The notes beneath the pieces are model-generated. The model ran no database searches, was not told the DNA's origin, and saw only the letters and a list, made by a program, of their open reading frames with translations. Below, in pieces: positions 35,547 to 46,878 of a stretch of DNA of 64,000 nt. Source of the DNA: Escherichia coli (GTDB lineage: Bacteria > Pseudomonadota > Gammaproteobacteria > Enterobacterales > Enterobacteriaceae); assembly GCF_003018255.1 (NCBI RefSeq), contig NZ_CP027440.1. One strand, given 5' to 3'. A program made the translations under genes and the position numbers. The first letter of the stretch is position 1. Each line of letters opens with the position of its first letter.

Positions 35547-36822
35547 TTAACAGATTAGCAATCGTGCGCACACCTAGCCCGGTCGCGCCCGCAGACCACT
35601 GTTCAACCGGCGCTTTACGGTAAGTCGCCGAGCAGTCGATATGCAGCCAGCCTTGCTGATAGTTCTCAACAAAGTGCGACAGGAAGCCCGCCGCCGTGCT
35701 TGCACCTGCCGGATACGCCGCGCTTCCGGTATTGTTCAGTTCGGCAAAGTTAGACGGCAGCTGGCTGCGGTGGAACTCCGCCAGCGGCAGACGCCAGAAT
35801 GGTTCATTCTCCTGCGCGGCACTCGCCAGCAAGCGAGCGGCAAGCGCATCGTCAAAACTGAACAGCGCGTGATAATCATTACCCAGCGCGGTTTTCGCCG
35901 CCCCGGTGAGGGTCGCCGCATCAATGATCAGTTCCGGTTTCTGCGCACTGGCATCAATCAGGCCATCGGCCAGCACCAGACGCCCTTCCGCATCGGTGTT
36001 CATCACTTCAACTTTTTTACCGTTGCGATAGGTAATGATATCGCCCAGCTTGAACGCATTGCCGCTGATCAGGTTATCCGCACAGCAGAGGAACAGCTTC
36101 ACGCGCTTGTTCAGTCCGCGCGTAATGGCAAACGCCAGCGCTCCGGTAACCGTTGCCGCGCCGCCCATGTCCGACTTCATCGAGTCCATAAATGCGGTCT
36201 GTTTGATACTGTAGCCGCCGGAATCAAAGGTGATGCCTTTACCAACCAGGCACGCGTACACTGGCGCTTCTTTATCGCCTGTTGGGTTGTAATCCAGCGC
36301 CAGCAATACCGGGGAACGTTCTGAACCGCGCCCGACCGTGTGCAGCCCCATATAACCTTGATCACGCAGATCTTCGCCTTTGGTGATCCGGTAAGTCACA
36401 CGATCGCCCGCGACGTTGCTGATCAGATCAACAGCACGCTGTGCCAGTTGCGATGGCCCCAGTTCTTCCGCCGGTGCGTTGATGGTGTCACGCACCCAGT
36501 CGATGATCATCAGGCGGTTATCCAGTTCCTGCCGTTGGGCATCGTCCAGATCCGGCCACTCCACTTTACGTGTGCCTTTCGGGGCTTTGTAACCTTGCCA
36601 GAATGCCCAGCAGCGATCCGCATCCCAGTCTTCACCGCTTAACTGAACATGCTTGATGCCCAGACCGTCAATCTTGCGCGCCGCACGCTGGATCAGCCCC
36701 AGATCGTCTGTCCCGTTCAAATGCAGGGTAATGCCATCATTATTAATGCTGTAAGTCGCTTTTTCTCCCCAGCGCGCGTCGGCAGGTTGGGTAGAAAGGG
36801 TAATTTTCATCGCTTCTGTCAT
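35539..36822 (-). CDS. pepB: Peptidase B (M17 aminopeptidase, 427 aa)
   Basis: [43 protein letters not shown] motif. Confidence 0.94.
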   Translation of the reverse strand: MTEAMKITLSTQPADARWGEKATYSINNDGITLHLNGTDDLGLIQRAARKIDGLGIKHVQLSGEDWDADRCWAFWQGYKAPKGTRKVEWPDLDDAQRQELDNRLMIIDWVRDTINAPAEELGPSQLAQRAVDLISNVAGDRVTYRITKGEDLRDQGYMGLHTVGRGSERSPVLLALDYNPTGDKEAPVYACLVGKGITFDSGGYSIKQTAFMDSMKSDMGGAATVTGALAFAITRGLNKRVKLFLCCADNLISGNAFKLGDIITYRNGKKVEVMNTDAEGRLVLADGLIDASAQKPELIIDAATLTGAAKTALGNDYHALFSFDDALAARLLASAAQENEPFWRLPLAEFHRSQLPSNFAELNNTGSAAYPAGASTAAGFLSHFVENYQQGWLHIDCSATYRKAPVEQWSAGATGLGVRTIANLLTA

Positions 36823-36880
36823 TTTAGTTATCCTTATTCGTTTAACAGCAAAACGGGCTACCCCCAGGCAGCCCGTTCAT

Positions 36881-37081
36881 TCACTCGGCTTCGTCCAGCC
36901 AGACCAACAAAATCGCTTCGAGGATTTTCTCGTTCGATGCCTGCGGGTCGTCGTCGAAATCTTCCAGATCGCAAATCCACTGATGCATATCGGTGAATCG
37001 AACCGTTTTCGGATCAAGATCGGGATACGCATCGTACAGTGCTTCGCCAATTTCGCGGCTATCGGTCCACTTAAGTCCCAT
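36881..37081 (-). CDS. iscX: Fe-S cluster assembly protein IscX (66 aa)
   Basis: [46 protein letters not shown]. Confidence 0.93.
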
Positions 37082-37092
37082 ACTAACCTCTG

Positions 37093-37428
37093 TTAATGCT
37101 CACGCGCATGGTTGATAGTGTAACGCGGGATTTCGACCACTAAATCTTCGTCGGTAACGCGCGCCTGGCAGCTTAAACGGCTTTCCGGCTCCAGTCCCCA
37201 GGCTTTGTCCAGCATGTCGTCTTCCTGCTCTGAGCTTTCCGGCAGCGAGTCAAAACCTTCGCGAACGATGCAGTGGCAGGTGGTGCAAGCACAGGATTTT
37301 TCACAGGCGTGTTCAATCTCGATACCGTTACGCAGCGCAACGTCGAGAATGGTTTCACCACTATTCGCTTCCAGAACAGCGCCATCAGGGCAGAGATCCT
37401 GATGAGGCAAAATAACAATCTTTGGCAT
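37093..37428 (-). CDS. fdx: [2Fe-2S] ferredoxin (111 aa)
   Basis: [53 protein letters not shown]. Confidence 0.94.
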
Positions 37429-37429
37429 A

Positions 37430-39280
37430 TTAAACCTCGTCCACGGAATGGCCTTTCAGCGCACGACGAACCGACTGGTCCATGCGGCGAGCGGCGAAAT
37501 CCTGGGTTTGTTTGTCTACGTTTTTAATCGCTTGTTCGATGGCGTCAACATCATCGCCCTGCGCCACTTCACTCAGGTGAGCGGCAGCATCGTCAATGAC
37601 CTGACGCTCTGCGGTGCTTAACAGCGCGGCATCAGCAGCCAGCGCGCCGTGCAAACTTTCCAGCACACGCGCCGCTTCTACTTTTTGTTCTGCCAGCATA
37701 CGGGCTTTTACGTCCTGCTCGGCATAGCTCATTGAGTCTTTGATCATCGAGGCGATTTCGCTGTCGGTCAGACCGTAGGACGGTTTGACCTGAATAGATG
37801 CCTCAACGCCGGTGGATTTCTCCATCGCCGTCACGCTCAAAAGACCGTCGGCATCGACCTGGAACGTCACGCGAATATGCGCGCCGCCAGCCGGTAACGC
37901 CGGAATACCACGCAGCGCAAAACGCGCCAGCGAGCGGCAGTCCTGCACCAGTTCGCGCTCACCCTGCATTACATGGATAGACATCGCCGTCTGACCATCT
38001 TTAAAGGTGGTGAAATCCTGAGCGCGCGCCACCGGAATAGTGGTATTACGCGGAATCACTTTCTCCACCAGGCCGCCCATCGTTTCGAGGCCCAGCGACA
38101 GCGGGATCACATCCAGCAACAGCATTTCGCTGTCCGGCTTGTTACCCACCAGAATATCCGCCTGAATCGCCGCGCCAATAGCGACGACTTTATCCGGGTC
38201 GATAGAAGTCAGCGGTGGACGACCGAAAAATTCGCCTACTCGTTCACGCACTAGCGGCACGCGAGTAGAACCGCCAACCATCACCACTTCCAGCACTTCA
38301 TCAGCTTCTACGCCAGCGTCTTTCAGCGCGCGACGACAAGCCAGCAAGGTTCGTTTTACCAGTGGCGCGATCAGTTCGTTGAATTGTTCACGGCTGATTT
38401 CGCCCTGCCAGCCCGCAACATTCACAGTCACGGAGTCCGCATCGCTCAGCGCGATTTTGGCTGCAATGGCGGCATCCAGCAGTTCACGCTGAACGCGGTT
38501 ATCGCTACGATCAGGAATGCCCGCCTGCTCGCGAATGTAATCCGCCAGCAGATGGTCGAAATCATCGCCGCCGAGCGCGGAATCACCGCCGGTCGCCAGC
38601 ACTTCAAACACGCCGCGACTTAAGCGCAGAATGGAAATATCAAACGTCCCGCCGCCGAGGTCATAAACGGCGATCACGCCTTCCTGACCGGAATCCAGCC
38701 CGTAGGCGATAGCCGCAGCGGTCGGTTCGTTAAGTAAGCGCAGAACATGCAACCCCGCCAGACGCGCCGCGTCTTTGGTGCCCTGACGCTGGGCATCGTC
38801 AAAGTACGCCGGAACGGTGATAACTACACCATCCAGCTCGCCTGCCAGGGCTTCAGTTGCCCGCGCCGCCAGTGCTTTGAGGATGTCCGCAGAAACGCGC
38901 ACCGGGTTCAGCAGCCCCGCCGCCGTTTCAATCATCGGCAGGCCGTTTTCGCTGGCCTGGAATTGATAAGGCAGATGTGGATAGCGTTGCTGGATATCAG
39001 CCAGCGAGCGCCCCATCAGGCGTTTAACAGAACTAATGGTGTTGGCGGTATCGAGCGCTGCGTTAGTACGCGCATCATAACCCACCGAATGCCCTTGCTG
39101 TTGATAGTGAACAACAGACGGCAGCAGGTGACGGCCTTCATGGTCGGCTAACGTTTCGGCCTGACCGCTGCGCACTGTCGCCACCAGCGAGTTGGTTGTG
39201 CCAAGGTCGATACCGGCCGCCAGACGACGCTGATGCGGCGCAGCACTCAAACCAGGTTCACTAATTTGTAATAAGGCCAT
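37430..39280 (-). CDS. hscA: Fe-S cluster chaperone HscA (Hsp70 family, 616 aa)
   Basis: Track ORF 37430..39334; conserved start [31 protein letters not shown] at codon 19. Confidence 0.93.
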   Translation of the reverse strand: MALLQISEPGLSAAPHQRRLAAGIDLGTTNSLVATVRSGQAETLADHEGRHLLPSVVHYQQQGHSVGYDARTNAALDTANTISSVKRLMGRSLADIQQRYPHLPYQFQASENGLPMIETAAGLLNPVRVSADILKALAARATEALAGELDGVVITVPAYFDDAQRQGTKDAARLAGLHVLRLLNEPTAAAIAYGLDSGQEGVIAVYDLGGGTFDISILRLSRGVFEVLATGGDSALGGDDFDHLLADYIREQAGIPDRSDNRVQRELLDAAIAAKIALSDADSVTVNVAGWQGEISREQFNELIAPLVKRTLLACRRALKDAGVEADEVLEVVMVGGSTRVPLVRERVGEFFGRPPLTSIDPDKVVAIGAAIQADILVGNKPDSEMLLLDVIPLSLGLETMGGLVEKVIPRNTTIPVARAQDFTTFKDGQTAMSIHVMQGERELVQDCRSLARFALRGIPALPAGGAHIRVTFQVDADGLLSVTAMEKSTGVEASIQVKPSYGLTDSEIASMIKDSMSYAEQDVKARMLAEQKVEAARVLESLHGALAADAALLSTAERQVIDDAAAHLSEVAQGDDVDAIEQAIKNVDKQTQDFAARRMDQSVRRALKGHSVDEV

Positions 39281-39296
39281 GTTTAGCTTCCAGAAA

Positions 39297-39812
39297 TTAA
39301 AAATCGAGCAGTTTTTCTTCGAGTTGTTCGGCACTGCTTCGCAGTTTATCGAGAAAACGCAGCTTACGCACGGTATCCGCCGCCGCGTCCCACGTCTCGT
39401 TGTCTAACTGTTCAACCATCAACTGATGGCGGGTATCAAACATCTTTTTCACACGTTTGATAAAGCTTTCCAGCCGCGCTTCATCTTTCGCCTGTTCGAT
39501 CTCGTCCAGCTCTTCGCGCAGTTCCAGCTGTTCCATCAGGAACGCGGTGTCGCGCACAGTATGCTGCTCGCTGGCAAGATCAAAACCGTGCAAAGAAAGC
39601 AAATATTCCGCGCGCATTAACGGATGACGCAGCGTTTGCCAGGCCTGGTTAATGGTTGCAGATTGCTGTACGGCGGCGAGTTGTTCCGCCTGGCTTCCGC
39701 TGGCGAATTTATCAGGATGATACTGACGTTGTAGATCCTGAAAACGCAGGCTCAGCGCCTGGGTATCGAGTTGATAACAGGCAGGCAAGCCAAAGAGGGT
39801 GAAGTAATCCAT
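39297..39812 (-). CDS. hscB: Fe-S cluster co-chaperone HscB (J-domain, 171 aa)
   Basis: [36 protein letters not shown]. Confidence 0.94.
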   Translation of the reverse strand: MDYFTLFGLPACYQLDTQALSLRFQDLQRQYHPDKFASGSQAEQLAAVQQSATINQAWQTLRHPLMRAEYLLSLHGFDLASEQHTVRDTAFLMEQLELREELDEIEQAKDEARLESFIKRVKKMFDTRHQLMVEQLDNETWDAAADTVRKLRFLDKLRSSAEQLEEKLLDF

Positions 39813-39907
39813 AACATTCTCAGGGCTGCGATCCGCCGCGATAACGGCGAATCAGGTAAAACAAACCCCACGCGCAGGCGACCACGGTGGGGTTATCGGT
39901 ATGCGCA

Positions 39908-40231
39908 TCAAACGTGGAAGCTTTCGCCGCAACCACACTCATCTTTGACGTTCGGGTTGGTGAATTTAAACCCTTCGTTCAGGCCTTCTTTTACGAAGTC
40001 CAGCTGCGTACCGTCCAGAAATTGCAGGCTTTTGCCATCGACCACGACTTTCACGCCTTTGTCTTCAAACACGATGTCTTCCGGCGTCGGTTCGTCAACA
40101 AATTCCAGTACATAAGCCATACCTGAACATCCGGAGGTTCTCACGCCCAGACGCAGGCCAAACCCTTTGCCGCGGTTAGCCAGAAAGGTATTTACTCGCG
40201 CTGCTGCACTGTCGCTCAGTGTAATCGACAT
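39908..40231 (-). CDS. iscA: Fe-S cluster insertion protein IscA (107 aa)
   Basis: Track ORF 39908..40237; start [37 protein letters not shown] at codon 3. Confidence 0.93.
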   Translation of the reverse strand: MSITLSDSAAARVNTFLANRGKGFGLRLGVRTSGCSGMAYVLEFVDEPTPEDIVFEDKGVKVVVDGKSLQFLDGTQLDFVKEGLNEGFKFTNPNVKDECGCGESFHV

Positions 40232-40247
40232 AACCAAACCTCAACTC

Positions 40248-40634
40248 TTATTTTGCTTCACGTTTGCTTTTATAGTCCGCAATGGCGGCTTTGATCGCGT
40301 CTTCTGCCAGAATAGAACAGTGAATTTTCACCGGCGGCAGTTCAAGTTCTTCAGCAATATCGGTGTTTTTGATCGCCTGCGCTTCGTCGAGAGACTTCCC
40401 TTTCACCCATTCGGTGACCAGGGAGCTGGAAGCGATAGCAGAACCGCAGCCGTAAGTTTTAAAACGCGCGTCTTCAATGATACCTTCATCGTTGACTTTA
40501 ATCTGCAACTTCATCACGTCGCCACAGGCCGGTGCACCCACCATGCCGCTGCCGACGTTCTCGTCGTTGTTGTCAAAGGAACCCACGTTACGCGGATTCT
40601 CGTAATGGTCGATAACTTTTTCGCTGTAAGCCAT
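40248..40634 (-). CDS. iscU: Fe-S cluster scaffold IscU (128 aa)
   Basis: MAYSEKVIDHYENPRNVGSFDNNDENVGSGMVGAPACGDVMKLQIKV. Confidence 0.95.
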   Translation of the reverse strand: MAYSEKVIDHYENPRNVGSFDNNDENVGSGMVGAPACGDVMKLQIKVNDEGIIEDARFKTYGCGSAIASSSLVTEWVKGKSLDEAQAIKNTDIAEELELPPVKIHCSILAEDAIKAAIADYKSKREAK

Positions 40635-40661
40635 TATAAATTCTCCTGATTCCGATACCGA

Positions 40662-41876
40662 TTAATGATGAGCCCATTCGATGCTGTTCAGATCCACGCC
40701 CTGCTTGTACATTTCCCACAGCGGAGAAAGGTCACGCAGACGACCGATGGATTTACGAACTAACTCGATGGTGTAGTCGATCTCTTCTTCAGTAGTAAAA
40801 CGACCTAAAGAGAAACGGATAGAGCTATGTGCCAGCTCGTCGTTCAGCCCCAGCGCGCGCAGCACGTAGGACGGTTCGAGGCTTGCTGACGTACAGGCGG
40901 AACCTGAAGAAACCGCGAGGTCTTTCAGCGCCATAATCAGCGACTCACCTTCAACGTAGTTGAAGCTGACGTTGAGAATGTTCGGCGCACCGTGTTCCAG
41001 GTCACCGTTCAGGTAAACTTCTTCGATATCTTTGATGCCGTTCCACAGACGGTTACGCAGGCCGCGCAGACGTTCCATCTCGGTCGCCATCTCTTCTTTT
41101 GCGATGCGATAGGCTTCGCCCATACCGACGATCTGGTGAACAGGCAGAGTGCCGGAACGCATACCGCGCTCGTGACCGCCGCCATGCATTTGTGCTTCGA
41201 TACGTACGCGCGGTTTACGACGCACATACAGCGCACCAATACCTTTCGGGCCATAGATTTTGTGACCGGAGAAAGACATCAGGTCAACTTTCAACTGGCT
41301 CAGATCGATAGGCAGTTTGCCCACGCTCTGGGTTGCATCAACGTGATAGATAATGCCACGAGCACGGCACATTTCGCCGATAGCCGCGATATCCTGCACC
41401 ACGCCGATTTCGTTATTTACGTGCATGATGGAAACAAGGATGGTGTCGTCACGCATCGCTGCTTCGAGTTCTTTCAGGTCGATAATGCCATTACGCTGCG
41501 GTGCCAGGTAAGTGACTTCAAAACCTTCGCGCTCCAGCTGACGGCAGGTATCCAGTACCGCTTTATGTTCGGTTTTACTGGTGATGATGTGCTTGCCTTT
41601 TTTCTGATAAAAGTTGGCTGCACCTTTGATCGCCAGGTTGTCAGATTCGGTTGCACCAGAGGTAAAGACGATTTCACGCGGGTCAGCGCCGACCAGATCG
41701 GCAATCTGATTACGGGCGATATCAACCGCTTCTTCAGCCTGCCAGCCGAAACGGTGAGAACGGGAGGCCGGGTTACCAAAGGTTCCGTCCATCGTCATAA
41801 ACTGCATCATTTTCTCGGCAACACGCGGGTCCACCGGCGTGGTTGCGGAGTAGTCGAGATAAATCGGTAATTTCAT
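40662..41876 (-). CDS. iscS: Cysteine desulfurase IscS (404 aa)
   Basis: Track ORF 40662..41900; conserved start [26 protein letters not shown] at codon 9; [21 protein letters not shown] active-site loop. Confidence 0.94.
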
Positions 41877-41987
41877 TGCTCTATAAACTCCGTACATCAC
41901 TCAATGCAAGGAACCAGGCTACCGGCTGGATGTACGACCGTGTTTACGGAGTGTTTAGCACTCCGGCCTGATTCTGAATTCTTTTTA

Positions 41988-42476
41988 TTAAGCGCGTAAC
42001 TTAACGTCGATCGCGTCTTGTGTGCGGGTGCGTGGCGCGTCGTGAGTATGCTGACGACCAGACACATCCAGCACTTCCTGGTTATTAACCAGTTCGCCTA
42101 AAGTAATGTTATTGAGAAAACCGGTAAGACGGTCGCTCAAATCACGCCACAGCGCGTGGGTCAGGCATTTATCGCCGCCCTGGCAGCCGCCTTTACCCTG
42201 ACAACGGGTGGCATCTACAGATTCGTCAACGGCGCTAATCACTTCGCCAACGGCGATGCTGCTGGCATCTTTGCCTAACAGATAACCACCGCCTGGTCCA
42301 CGTACGCTGGAAACCAGACCATTTTTACGCAGACGGGAAAACAGTTGTTCCAGATAAGAAAGGGAAATTCCCTGACGTTCGGAAATATCAGCCAACGGTA
42401 CCGGGCCCGCTTCAGAGTTGAGCGCAACGTCAAGCATTGCGGTCACGGCATAGCGCCCTTTAGATGTCAGTCTCAT
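41988..42476 (-). CDS. iscR: Fe-S cluster regulator IscR (Rrf2 family, 162 aa)
   Basis: [51 protein letters not shown]. Confidence 0.95.
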
Positions 42477-42620
42477 GTCTTACTTCACCTCAAACTCGCC
42501 CCTGCCCGGGGTTTTTTATTGTAAAAGTGGGGGTATTGCATAGCAGGGTCAAGTCTGACATTCCCGAGTAAATTGGTCAACTATTTACTTGACTGATTTA
42601 GTCGGGTATTTAACCTTCAG
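42477..42620 (-). promoter_or_regulatory. iscRSUA promoter region with expected IscR autoregulatory sites
   Basis: Location upstream of iscR; AT-rich segments agttgaccaatttactcgggaatgtcagacttgaccc (minus-strand sense) in the position of the known IscR sites; individual sites not resolved. Confidence 0.45.
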
Positions 42621-42651
42621 TGCCATTTTTTTATCGTGGCGTTTGTACCTG

Positions 42652-42738
42652 TTGTCGGATGCGACGTGAACGCCTTATCCGCCCAGGGGCTCTGTGCACT
42701 GCAGGCCTGATAAGACGCGTTAAGCGTCGCATCAGGCA
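42652..42738. repeat. BIME: two REP elements between iscR promoter and trmJ 3' end
   Basis: tgtcggatgcgacgtgaacgccttatccgcc and gcaggcctgataagacgcgttaagcgtcgcatcaggc. Confidence 0.7.
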
Positions 42739-42745
42739 ACCACTA

Positions 42746-43486
42746 TTATTCGGCCTTGTTACCTTTATTCTGCTGCTCTATAGAAGCCAGAATCCCGCGC
42801 AGGATATTCAATTCCTGGCTTTCCGGGCGCGCACGGGTAAACAGACGGCGCAATTTATTCATCACCTGCCCCGGATGGTTTTCACGAATAAAACCGGTTG
42901 CCAGCAGCGTTTGTTCCAGATGACCATAAAAACGCTCCAGATCATCGACCAGCGGATACGGCGTCTCTTCATGCTCGACCTGCTCGCCATTTTCCTGAGT
43001 TGCCAGCCAGGCCATGCGCACTTCATAGGCAATAACCTGAACCGCCATCGCCAGGTTCAGCGAACTGTATTCCGGGTTAGCCGCAATCGCGACATGATAA
43101 TGGCATTTCTGCAGCTCTTCATTGGTCAAGCCGACGCGCTCGCGACCAAACACCAGTGCCACCGGGGTATTTGCCGCTTCAGCGACGCTTTTCAGACCGC
43201 ATTCGCGCGGGTCGAGCATCGGCCACGGCAGCGTGCGGGAGCGTGCGCTGGTGCCCACCACCAGGCTACAACCGGCTAACGCTTCGTCGAGCGTATCGAC
43301 GATGTGAGCATTACCAATCACATCGCTGGCCCCTGCTGCCAGGGCAATCGCCTGGGAGTCAGGTTTCACCAGTGGATTAACCAGCCACAGATTGGTTAAT
43401 CCCATTGTTTTCATGGCACGGGCAACAGACCCCATATTGCCGGTGTGTGACGTCTCCACCAGCACAATTCGAATATTTTGCAGCAT
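42746..43486 (-). CDS. trmJ: tRNA (cytidine/uridine-2'-O)-methyltransferase TrmJ (246 aa)
   Basis: [38 protein letters not shown] (SpoU class). Confidence 0.93.
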
Positions 43487-43604
43487 TGTCTTTCTTCATC
43501 TAAAGATTATTCACGCATCTTATCATAAAACGAAGACAGATGCCGATCTCGCTGCTATACTCTGCGCCGTTTTCCCGTTCTTTAACATCCAGTGAGAGAG
43601 ACCG

Positions 43605-44408
43605 ATGCATCCGATGCTGAACATCGCCGTGCGCGCAGCGCGCAAGGCGGGTAATTTAATTGCCAAAAACTATGAAACCCCGGACGCTGTAGAAGCGAGC
43701 CAGAAAGGCAGTAACGACTTCGTGACCAACGTAGATAAAGCTGCCGAAGCGGTGATTATCGACACGATTCGTAAATCTTACCCACAGCACACCATCATCA
43801 CCGAAGAAAGCGGTGAACTTGAAGGTACTGATCAGGATGTTCAATGGGTTATCGATCCACTGGATGGCACTACCAACTTTATCAAACGTCTGCCGCACTT
43901 CGCGGTATCTATCGCCGTTCGTATCAAAGGCCGCACTGAAGTTGCTGTGGTTTACGATCCTATGCGTAACGAACTGTTCACCGCCACTCGCGGTCAGGGC
44001 GCACAGCTGAACGGCTACCGTCTGCGCGGCAGCACCGCTCGCGATCTCGACGGTACTATTCTGGCGACCGGCTTCCCGTTCAAAGCAAAACAGTACGCCA
44101 CTACCTACATCAACATCGTCGGCAAACTGTTCAACGAATGTGCAGACTTCCGTCGTACCGGTTCTGCGGCGCTGGATCTGGCTTACGTTGCTGCGGGTCG
44201 CGTTGACGGTTTCTTTGAAATCGGTCTGCGTCCGTGGGATTTCGCGGCAGGCGAGCTGCTGGTTCGTGAAGCGGGCGGCATCGTCAGCGACTTCACCGGT
44301 GGTCATAACTACATGCTGACCGGTAACATCGTTGCTGGTAACCCGCGCGTTGTTAAAGCCATGCTGGCGAACATGCGTGACGAGTTAAGCGACGCCCTGA
44401 AGCGTTAA
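43605..44408 (+). CDS. suhB: Inositol monophosphatase SuhB (267 aa)
   Basis: MHPMLNIAVRAARKAGNLIAKNYE...WVIDPLDGTTNF. Confidence 0.95.
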   Translation: MHPMLNIAVRAARKAGNLIAKNYETPDAVEASQKGSNDFVTNVDKAAEAVIIDTIRKSYPQHTIITEESGELEGTDQDVQWVIDPLDGTTNFIKRLPHFAVSIAVRIKGRTEVAVVYDPMRNELFTATRGQGAQLNGYRLRGSTARDLDGTILATGFPFKAKQYATTYINIVGKLFNECADFRRTGSAALDLAYVAAGRVDGFFEIGLRPWDFAAGELLVREAGGIVSDFTGGHNYMLTGNIVAGNPRVVKAMLANMRDELSDALKR

Positions 44409-44415
44409 TGACTCT

Positions 44416-44439
44416 GGCGGGTGATGTCACTCACCCGCC
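44416..44439 (+). terminator. Hairpin downstream of suhB (candidate terminator)
   Basis: ggcgggtga tgtcac tcacccgcc; no strong T tract. Confidence 0.35.
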
Positions 44440-44552
44440 CTCGCCTTTCAGGCGCTATTCCGAAATACTTCCTCACCGCTTTACTTTCTTTCGCCACTCT
44501 CCCACCATCTTTCCCCGATTAATGGATGATAAAGAAGTCGCAAGGAAAGGTT

Positions 44553-45407
44553 ATGGCGCTGCCAGTGAACAAACGCGTTCTCAAAATTCTGTTTATTCTC
44601 TTTGTTGTTGCCTTCTGCATTTATTTAATACCGCGCATCGCCATCAATTTTTTCTATTACCCTGACGACAAAATCTACGGCCCCGATCCCTGGTCAGCCG
44701 AATCAGTAGAATTCACCGCTAAAGATGGCACTCGCCTACATGGTTGGTTTATCCCTTCTGCAACTGGCCCCGCTGAAAAGGCCATTGCCACCATTATTCA
44801 TGCTCACGGCAATGCCGGAAATATGTCCGCCCACTGGCCGCTGGTCAGTTGGTTACCCGAGCGTAATTTCAACGTTTTTATGTTTGATTATCGCGGGTTT
44901 GGTAAATCAAAAGGCACGCCGTCCCAGGCCGGATTGCTGGACGATACGCAAAGTGCCATCAATGTGGTGCGCCATCGCAGTGATGTAAACCCACAACGGC
45001 TGGTGCTGTTCGGGCAGAGTATTGGCGGGGCGAATATTTTGGATGTTATTGGTCAGGGTGATCGTGAAGGCATACGTGCGGTGATCCTCGACTCCACATT
45101 TGCCTCTTATGCGACCATCGCCAACCAGATGATCCCCGGCAGTGGCTACTTACTTGATGAGAGTTACAGCGGCGAAAATTACATCGCCAGCGTCAGCCCG
45201 ATCCCGCTTTTACTGATTCACGGTAAAGCTGATCACGTTATCCCATGGCAGCACAGCGAAAAGTTGTATAGCCTGGCAAAAGAGCCAAAACGGTTGATCC
45301 TAATCCCGGATGGCGAACACATTGATGCTTTTTCCGATCGTCACGGCGATGTTTATCGCGAACAGATGGTGGATTTTATCCTTAGCGCGTTGAATCCGCA
45401 GAACTAA
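44553..45407 (+). CDS. yfhR: Alpha/beta-hydrolase family membrane-anchored protein YfhR (284 aa)
   Basis: Track ORF 44526..45407; likely start MALPVNKRVLKILFILFVVAFCIYLIP at codon 10; HAHGNAG and GQSIGG serine-hydrolase motifs. Confidence 0.85.
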   Translation: MALPVNKRVLKILFILFVVAFCIYLIPRIAINFFYYPDDKIYGPDPWSAESVEFTAKDGTRLHGWFIPSATGPAEKAIATIIHAHGNAGNMSAHWPLVSWLPERNFNVFMFDYRGFGKSKGTPSQAGLLDDTQSAINVVRHRSDVNPQRLVLFGQSIGGANILDVIGQGDREGIRAVILDSTFASYATIANQMIPGSGYLLDESYSGENYIASVSPIPLLLIHGKADHVIPWQHSEKLYSLAKEPKRLILIPDGEHIDAFSDRHGDVYREQMVDFILSALNPQN

Positions 45408-45597
45408 CCCATGATCGCTAGCACGATAATCATTCACAAAACCACCTTAAGACATGCTAATCCACTGGTCAGAACAGTTTAAGATGAGAAAAATTCTGTG
45501 ACGCTTGCCAACATTTCTGATGATTAGCATTCCCTTCGCCATTTCCCTGAGCAAACTTTAGCTATTCTTATCAATTATGCTTATGGGAGATCTACAG

Positions 45598-46878
45598 ATG
45601 ATGCCTACGCTTGCTCCACCATCTGTCCTTTCGGCTCCCCAGCGCCGCTGCCAGATCTTGCTGACGCTCTTTCAGCCGGGGTTGACCGCCACCACGGCAA
45701 CTTTCAGCGAGCTTAATGGTGTGGATGATGATATTGCCAGTCTTGATATCAGCGAAACAGGACGGGAGATCCTGCGCTATCATCAACTCACACTGACTAC
45801 TGGTTATGACGGTAGCTACCGGGTTGAAGGTACAGTGCTTAACCAACGTTTGTGTTTATTTCACTGGCTACGACGTGGTTTCCGTCTGTGTCCGTCATTT
45901 ATTACCAGCCATTTCACCCCCGCCCTGAAGAGTGAACTGAAGCGGCGCGGAATTGCGCGTAACTTTTACGACGATACCAATCTACAAGCGTTAGTGAATC
46001 TCTGCTCCCGACGGCTGCAAAAACGCTTTGAAACGCGCGATATTCATTTCCTGTGTCTGTATCTGCAATATTGTTTGCTGCAACACCACGCTGGAATTAC
46101 GCCTCAGTTTAATCCGCTCCAACGTCGCTGGGCGGAATCCTGCCTTGAATTTCAGGTAGCGCAGGAAATTGGACGCCACTGGCAGCGTCGGGCGCTCCAG
46201 CCTGTACCGCCTGATGAGCCACTGTTTATGGCATTACTTTTTTCCATGTTGCGGGTTCCCGATCCACTGCGGGATGCGCATCAGCGGGACAGACAACTGC
46301 GTAAGTCTATCAAACGTCTGGTAAACCATTTTCGTGAGCTGGGAAATGTTCGTTTTTATGATGAACAGGGGTTATGCGATCAGCTTTATACCCACCTCGC
46401 CCAGGCGTTAAATCGCAGTTTGTTTGCCATCGGTATTGATAACACCCTGCCGGAAGAGTTCGCCCGCCTGTATCCACGCCTGGTGCGCACCACCCGCGCG
46501 GCGCTGGCCGGATTTGAAAGTGAATACGGCGTCCATCTTTCTGATGAGGAAAGCGGTCTGGTCGCGGTGATTTTTGGTGCCTGGCTAATGCAGGAAAACG
46601 ACCTGCATGAGAAACAGATTATTCTACTGACCGGGAATGATAGCGAGCGAGAAGCGCAGATTGAGCAGCAGCTACGCGAACTAACGTTACTGCCGCTCAA
46701 TATTAAACATATGTCGGTAAAGGCATTTTTGCAGACAGGCGCTCCGCGCAGCGCGGCACTGATTATTGCTCCTTATACCATGCCGTTACCGCTCTTTTCA
46801 CCACCGCTGATCTATACGGACCTGACGTTGACAACACATCAACAGGAGCAGATCCGCAAAATGCTCGAATCAGCATGA
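45598..46878 (+). CDS. csiE: Stationary-phase inducible protein CsiE (426 aa)
   Basis: Track ORF 45577..46878; start MMPTLAPPSVLSAPQRRCQILLTLF at codon 8. Confidence 0.88.
   Translation: MMPTLAPPSVLSAPQRRCQILLTLFQPGLTATTATFSELNGVDDDIASLDISETGREILRYHQLTLTTGYDGSYRVEGTVLNQRLCLFHWLRRGFRLCPSFITSHFTPALKSELKRRGIARNFYDDTNLQALVNLCSRRLQKRFETRDIHFLCLYLQYCLLQHHAGITPQFNPLQRRWAESCLEFQVAQEIGRHWQRRALQPVPPDEPLFMALLFSMLRVPDPLRDAHQRDRQLRKSIKRLVNHFRELGNVRFYDEQGLCDQLYTHLAQALNRSLFAIGIDNTLPEEFARLYPRLVRTTRAALAGFESEYGVHLSDEESGLVAVIFGAWLMQENDLHEKQIILLTGNDSEREAQIEQQLRELTLLPLNIKHMSVKAFLQTGAPRSAALIIAPYTMPLPLFSPPLIYTDLTLTTHQQEQIRKMLESA

Noticed and set aside
35641..36324. 227-aa plus-strand ORF
   Set aside because: Antisense to pepB.
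39281..39334. Upstream extensions of several track ORFs (hscA, iscS, iscA, sseA, hcaR, yphA, yphC, yphG, der, guaB, csiE)
   Set aside because: The conserved protein N-termini begin at internal Met codons; the extended track ORFs are stop-to-first-start artefacts.
40992..41870. 292-aa plus-strand ORF
   Set aside because: Antisense to iscS.
42620..43279. 219-aa plus-strand ORF
   Set aside because: Starts in the REP/BIME cluster and runs antisense to trmJ.
43656..44306. 216-aa minus-strand ORF
   Set aside because: Antisense to suhB.
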